Source: an uncultured SAR116 cluster alpha proteobacterium
GTDB lineage: Bacteria > Pseudomonadota > Alphaproteobacteria > Puniceispirillales > Marisalimonadaceae
Reading direction: 5' to 3'
DNA: 64,000 nt
Assembly: GCA_902593735.1 (NCBI GenBank)
Contig: CACJJL010000009.1
Coordinates: 6,242 to 70,241, forward strand
The position numbers and the translations under genes are program-made. Of this stretch, positions 59,491 through 64,000 are shown piece by piece (the first letter of the stretch is position 1; each line of letters opens with the position of its first letter). The notes beneath the pieces are model-generated. The model saw only the letters and a program-made list of their open reading frames with translations. It did not search any database and was not told the origin of the DNA.

Positions 59491-60750
59491 ATGATAATTA
59501 TAAAATCATTTATTTTAAAATTATTTTTTACACTCATTTTAACATTTAGCATCATGATTAAAAATGCATTTAGTAACGAAAATTATGTAGTTAGTATTGT
59601 TAATAAAATGCCAATAACAAAAATTGATATTATAAATAGAGCAAAATTAATAGCATATTCCATTGATAAAAATATGAATTTCAAAAATTTAAATAATTAT
59701 TTTAGTCAATCTTTAAAAACTCTTATAAATGAAAAAATAATTTTCAGTGCTGGTAATAAATTAAATAAAAATTTAGAAAACATTGTATCTCAAAAGGCTA
59801 ACAAGTTGCTCTTGAATGAATTTGAAAACTCAGAGTTAAAATTAAATGAATTTATCAAAAATTCATCTATTCCTAAATCTGTTTTATTGGAAAAATATAA
59901 ATCACAATTGATATGGTCAATTGTTATAAAAAACAAATACAAATTACAATTTTCTAAATTAGAAAAAAATATTGATGAGAAAATTAATATTAATAAAAAA
60001 AAATTAAATGAAGATTTGTATGATTTAGCTGAAATTGTTATAGAAAAAAAAAATAGCTCTCAATTAATTGAAAAAATTAATTCTGCTCTACAAAATGGTG
60101 TAGGTTTTCAGGAAATCGCTAAACAAGTTTCGATAAGTAGTTCAGCTAAATTTAATGGAAAAATTGGTTGGAGAAATTATCAAAGTTTGCCAAATTTTAT
60201 CAAAAAAAAGAAAGTTCTTATTAACGAAGGAGATATCTTTAGTATTAAAGATAAAAAAAACATAAAGATTATTAAAGTACTAGTGAAAAGATTTAATGGA
60301 AAATTAAGTTCAAAAGAAAATATTATTTTACTTGCTGAAATAAAATTTTTAATTAATTTTCAAAAAAAGAAATTTGCTTATTTAAAAGTAAATAAATTAT
60401 TGAATGGTCTTTTGTTTAAAAAAAACAATTGTAAAACTTTAAATGAATTGAAAAATAAAAATTTAAATTTAAATTTAAAAATAATAAAATCTAGAATTGC
60501 AGATCTAAATCCTAAGGTGCAAAACATAATTAAAAATATTAAATTTTTTGTGCCCTCTCAACCAATTTTTTATGGAAATAATGGTTATACGTACATAAAG
60601 TGTGACATGAAAAAAGTAAAATTAGATGAAATTAATTATGATAAATTAAAAGACATGGAAATGAATAAAAATTTCTTAATATTGAGTGAAAGACTAATTA
60701 AACGCCTTAATAAAGAAGCAAATATCTCAATGATTGAAGAATTTAAATAA
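59491..60750 (+). CDS. surA: SurA-like periplasmic chaperone (divergent)
   Basis: VSIVNKMPITKIDI, LINEKI, QLIW, YDLAEI, FQEIAKQVS..SAKFNGKIGW; directly upstream of pdxA. Confidence 0.75.
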   Translation: MIIIKSFILKLFFTLILTFSIMIKNAFSNENYVVSIVNKMPITKIDIINRAKLIAYSIDKNMNFKNLNNYFSQSLKTLINEKIIFSAGNKLNKNLENIVSQKANKLLLNEFENSELKLNEFIKNSSIPKSVLLEKYKSQLIWSIVIKNKYKLQFSKLEKNIDEKININKKKLNEDLYDLAEIVIEKKNSSQLIEKINSALQNGVGFQEIAKQVSISSSAKFNGKIGWRNYQSLPNFIKKKKVLINEGDIFSIKDKKNIKIIKVLVKRFNGKLSSKENIILLAEIKFLINFQKKKFAYLKVNKLLNGLLFKKNNCKTLNELKNKNLNLNLKIIKSRIADLNPKVQNIIKNIKFFVPSQPIFYGNNGYTYIKCDMKKVKLDEINYDKLKDMEMNKNFLILSERLIKRLNKEANISMIEEFK

Positions 60751-61768
60751 TATGAACCAAAATAAAAAATTTATTTTAATCACTGCTGGTGATCCTGCAG
60801 GAATCTCTACTGAAATCACTATCAAAGCTTTAGAAAATTGTATATCCAATAAAAATATCCATTGCATAGTAATAACTGATCCAAATTTAGTTGAACATTG
60901 CAAAACTATTATAAAAAGTGATATTGAGATTAATCAAATCAAAGATTTAATTAATTTTAGTGATTATAAAATAAATAAATTTAATATTATTCCAATAGCT
61001 CTTACAAATCCTGTTAAATTTGGAAAACCAGACGTACAAAATTGTTCTTTTACAAAATCATCTATTCTTGTTTCAGTTGAGTCATATTTGAACAGTATCG
61101 CATCTGCTATTGTTACAAATCCAATAAATAAACATCTAATGCATATGTCAGGTTTCCAATTTGAAGGTCATACAGATTTTCTTGCATCATTATCTAAAAG
61201 AAATAAGATTCCAGTTATGATGTTTGTAGTAGGTGGACTAAAAACATTGCCCCTTACCATTCATATTCCTTTTAAAGAAGTGCCAAAACAAATAACAAAG
61301 AAATTAATTATTAATAAAATTAAAATTGCTACAGAAAATTTAGCAGTATATTTTAATATAAAAAAACCTCGTATTTCAGTAACAGGATTAAATCCTCATG
61401 CAGGTGAAAATGGAGATTTAGGCTATGAAGAGATAAATGTTATAAAACCAGCAATTGATGAATTAAAAACTTTAGAGGGTATTGACTTAGATGGACCAAT
61501 TTCTCCTGATAGTGCATTTTCTTCAACAATAAGAAATAAATATGATCTTATTGTTTGCATGTATCATGATCAAGCCTTAATTCCAATTAAAACTCTTGAT
61601 TTTTTCAACGGGGTAAATGTTACATTAGGTTTAGACTTTATAAGAACTTCTCCAGACCACGGAACTGGCTTCGAAATTGCTGGTAAAAATTTGGCTAGCC
61701 CAAAAAGCTTAACATCTGCAATAAATTTAGCCTACGAAATGAGTATTAATAAAAATAATGGTTTATAA
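60734..61768 (+). CDS. pdxA: 4-hydroxythreonine-4-phosphate dehydrogenase
   Basis: GDPAGIS, TNPINK, GHTDF, GLNPHAGE, MYHDQ, RTSPDHGT. Confidence 0.96.
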   Translation: MKNLNNMNQNKKFILITAGDPAGISTEITIKALENCISNKNIHCIVITDPNLVEHCKTIIKSDIEINQIKDLINFSDYKINKFNIIPIALTNPVKFGKPDVQNCSFTKSSILVSVESYLNSIASAIVTNPINKHLMHMSGFQFEGHTDFLASLSKRNKIPVMMFVVGGLKTLPLTIHIPFKEVPKQITKKLIINKIKIATENLAVYFNIKKPRISVTGLNPHAGENGDLGYEEINVIKPAIDELKTLEGIDLDGPISPDSAFSSTIRNKYDLIVCMYHDQALIPIKTLDFFNGVNVTLGLDFIRTSPDHGTGFEIAGKNLASPKSLTSAINLAYEMSINKNNGL

Positions 61769-62585
61769 AAATTCAAATTTGCCAAGCATCCAAGATGTCT
61801 TAAAAAAAAATAACATAAAAATTAATAAATCTTTAGGCCAAAATTTTTTATTTGATTTAAATCTAACAGATAAAATCGTTAATCAATCAAAACTAACAAC
61901 CTCTACAATAATCGAAATTGGTTCAGGGCCAGGAAGTTTAACAAGATCAATATTAAAAAATAAAACGGGTATTGTTTATGCAATAGATAAAGACGCTCAG
62001 TCTGACAAGATGCTATCTGACTTAAAAGGAATTTATGCAGAAAGACTTAATATCATTATTGATGATGCTTTAAATTATCCTATCTGGAAATTAGGTAAAG
62101 CTCCAAGAGAAGTCATTGCTAACCTACCATATAATGTTGGTACAAAGATGTTAATTAATTGGTTAAAACACATTGGAAAATTTGATATGCTAACTTTAAT
62201 GTTTCAAAAAGAAGTTGCAAACAGGATTGTTGCGAAACCGGGTTCTAAATATTATGGTAGATTGTCGATTTTAACAAACTGGTTGACAAAAAGTGTAAAA
62301 TTATTTGATGTCTCTAGTGATGCTTTTATACCTAAACCTAAGGTAAAATCTACTGTCATACAGTTAAAACCACTTTCTAAACCACTTTATGAGGTGTCTT
62401 TTGAGTCTCTAGAAAAATTAACACAACTTGCTTTTAGTCAGAGAAGGAAAATGCTAAAATCAAGCTTGAAACAAATTAATGGTAAAAAAATTTTAGAAAA
62501 CTTAAATATTTCACCTAATTTGAGACCTGAAAATTTAAGCATAATTGATTTTTGTAGAATTGCAGAAAAAGCAAAGGAATTCTAA
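61758..62585 (+). CDS. rsmA: 16S rRNA dimethyladenosine transferase
   Basis: KSLGQNFL, EIGSGPG, ANLPYN, MFQKEVA, YGRLS, FSQRRKML. Confidence 0.97.
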   Translation: MVYKNSNLPSIQDVLKKNNIKINKSLGQNFLFDLNLTDKIVNQSKLTTSTIIEIGSGPGSLTRSILKNKTGIVYAIDKDAQSDKMLSDLKGIYAERLNIIIDDALNYPIWKLGKAPREVIANLPYNVGTKMLINWLKHIGKFDMLTLMFQKEVANRIVAKPGSKYYGRLSILTNWLTKSVKLFDVSSDAFIPKPKVKSTVIQLKPLSKPLYEVSFESLEKLTQLAFSQRRKMLKSSLKQINGKKILENLNISPNLRPENLSIIDFCRIAEKAKEF

Positions 62586-63211
62586 TCTTCGAGAAGTTTT
62601 AAAATTGTTTTTTTTAATGATACTTGTCTATTTCGTCTCAGTCTCTCAGAATATAAGATTGACTTGATTTGATCTACTATTGTTTTAATGTTATTGTTAA
62701 TTAGTACAAAATCATATTCATCAAAATGACTTATTTCTTTTTTTGCTTCAGACATTCTTTTAACGAAGTTTTCTTTGTTTTCACTTGCTCTTTTTCCAAG
62801 TCTTGTTTCGAGTTCTTTCATAGACGGAGGTAGAATAAATACTTTCACAACATCCTTAGGTAAATGTTTTTCAATTTGTCTTGTTCCCTGCCAATCAACA
62901 TCAACAATAACGTCAATGCCATCTTGAATTTTTGTAACTACTTCATTTTTTAATGTTCCATAAAGTTTTCCATATACATTTGCATATTCTAAAAATTTAT
63001 TTTCATTTAAAAGTTTTCTAAATTCATAGTCCTTTTTAAAGAAGTAGTGTTTACCCTCGATTTCATCTTTCCTTTTTTTTCGTGTTGTAACTGAAACAGA
63101 TAATTCTATGCCATCAACTTCATCAATTATTTTTTTGCATATAGTTGTTTTTCCTGCACCAGAGGGAGATGAGATAATAATTACCAATCCTTTGTTGCTA
63201 ATATATGACAT
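62582..63211 (-). CDS. gmk: Guanylate kinase
   Basis: SSPSGAGKTT, SVSVTTR, YGT, DVDWQG, FILPPS. Confidence 0.97.
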   Translation of the reverse strand: MSYISNKGLVIIISSPSGAGKTTICKKIIDEVDGIELSVSVTTRKKRKDEIEGKHYFFKKDYEFRKLLNENKFLEYANVYGKLYGTLKNEVVTKIQDGIDVIVDVDWQGTRQIEKHLPKDVVKVFILPPSMKELETRLGKRASENKENFVKRMSEAKKEISHFDEYDFVLINNNIKTIVDQIKSILYSERLRRNRQVSLKKTILKLLED

Positions 63212-64000
63212 TATTTTTTCCTAATTATTTTTTTCCATAACTCTATATTTCTTTTATGTAAACTATACGTTTTAGAAAATCTATGTCTACCATTGCCATC
63301 ACTCACAAAATAAAAATAGTTTGTTTTTTTTGGGTTTTTTAATGAAATTAAGGCATTTTTTCCAGGATAAGAAATTGGTGTTGGCGGTAAACCATAGTGT
63401 TTATATGTATTATATAAGTTATTTGATTTTAACATCTTTTTTGTTATTTTTTTACCATTAATTCTAAAACCGTACGCAAGTGTAACATCAGATTGAAGTT
63501 TCATTTGATTGTTAAGCCTATTTATAAAAACACTAGCAACTAATTTACTATCATTAATATTATTTGACTCCTTTTGTATTATTGAAGCTAATATCAATAG
63601 TTCGTTTTTATTTTTTAATACAAAGTCAGTTGGTCTATTTTCCCAAATTTCGTCTAAAAATTTTTCCTGAGCTTTCTGCATTTGAGCTAATAATTTATTT
63701 CTGGGATAACCAAATTTAAAAAAATATGTGTCAGGTTTATATATTCCCTCTTTCAAATCTTTTACTTTTCCTGATAGATAAGGATTATTAAGTAATTCAT
63801 TTTTTAATTCAACTGCAGTTGAACCATCAATTAGTGTGAATTTTCTAGTTAGTGTTTTCCCTTCGTGAAAAATTCTTTGTATGTCAAGAATAGTAGAATC
63901 CTTAGGTATTATATATTCTCCAGCTTTTGGAACAAACGAATTCTTATGAATAAAGGATGCAAACAACCAATTTAAACGAGAAATATTTATATTATTTGTT
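63211..64000 (-). CDS. mltG: Endolytic transglycosylase MltG (5'-truncated by window edge)
   Basis: KAGEY, EGIYKPDTY, LASIIQKES, VFINRL, LQSD, YNTY..GLPPTPI, YFV. The frame stays open to the window end. Confidence 0.92.
   Translation of the reverse strand, partial: TNNINISRLNWLFASFIHKNSFVPKAGEYIIPKDSTILDIQRIFHEGKTLTRKFTLIDGSTAVELKNELLNNPYLSGKVKDLKEGIYKPDTYFFKFGYPRNKLLAQMQKAQEKFLDEIWENRPTDFVLKNKNELLILASIIQKESNNINDSKLVASVFINRLNNQMKLQSDVTLAYGFRINGKKITKKMLKSNNLYNTYKHYGLPPTPISYPGKNALISLKNPKKTNYFYFVSDGNGRHRFSKTYSLHKRNIELWKKIIRKK

Overview
Strongly AT-rich, gene-dense window from what looks like a streamlined (probably marine) alphaproteobacterium. The taxonomy is inferred from gene order and content only. 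The left ~36.9 kb is accessory. It holds (i) a five-gene, translationally coupled signalling operon: MBL-fold hydrolase, stand-alone cNMP-binding protein, a 1960-aa soluble hybrid histidine kinase with 11 tandem PAS-like repeats, a single-domain receiver, and a REC-adenylate cyclase running off the left edge; (ii) a LysR-divergent nine-gene orphan catabolic operon (TctCBA, class IV aminotransferase, hydantoinase/oxoprolinase B and A, ThDP enzyme, acyl-CoA dehydrogenase, ADP-forming acyl-CoA ligase); (iii) a cyclase/alpha-beta-hydrolase fusion; (iv) a TPP riboswitch ahead of thiM-thiE-SDR; (v) a DUF1127 gene followed by CCUCCC-loop (cuckoo/CcsR-like) hairpins; (vi) a second TctCBA divergent from a GGT-family hydrolase and aspartate dehydrogenase; and (vii) an EamA pseudogene. 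The right ~27 kb is core alphaproteobacterial housekeeping (gatCAB, ruvX-pyrB-pyrC-plsY-topA-rnr-rpmG, eipB, rnd, hdaA, purM, ndk, pepA, lptFG-surA-pdxA-rsmA, gmk, mltG). Several usually syntenic genes (dprA, purN, holC, lptD, yicC) are absent there, and a DUF2066-like protein carries a ~74-aa insert resembling a phage-structural module. No tRNA, rRNA, CRISPR or IS element was recognised. All calls come from motif recognition by eye, with no database searches.
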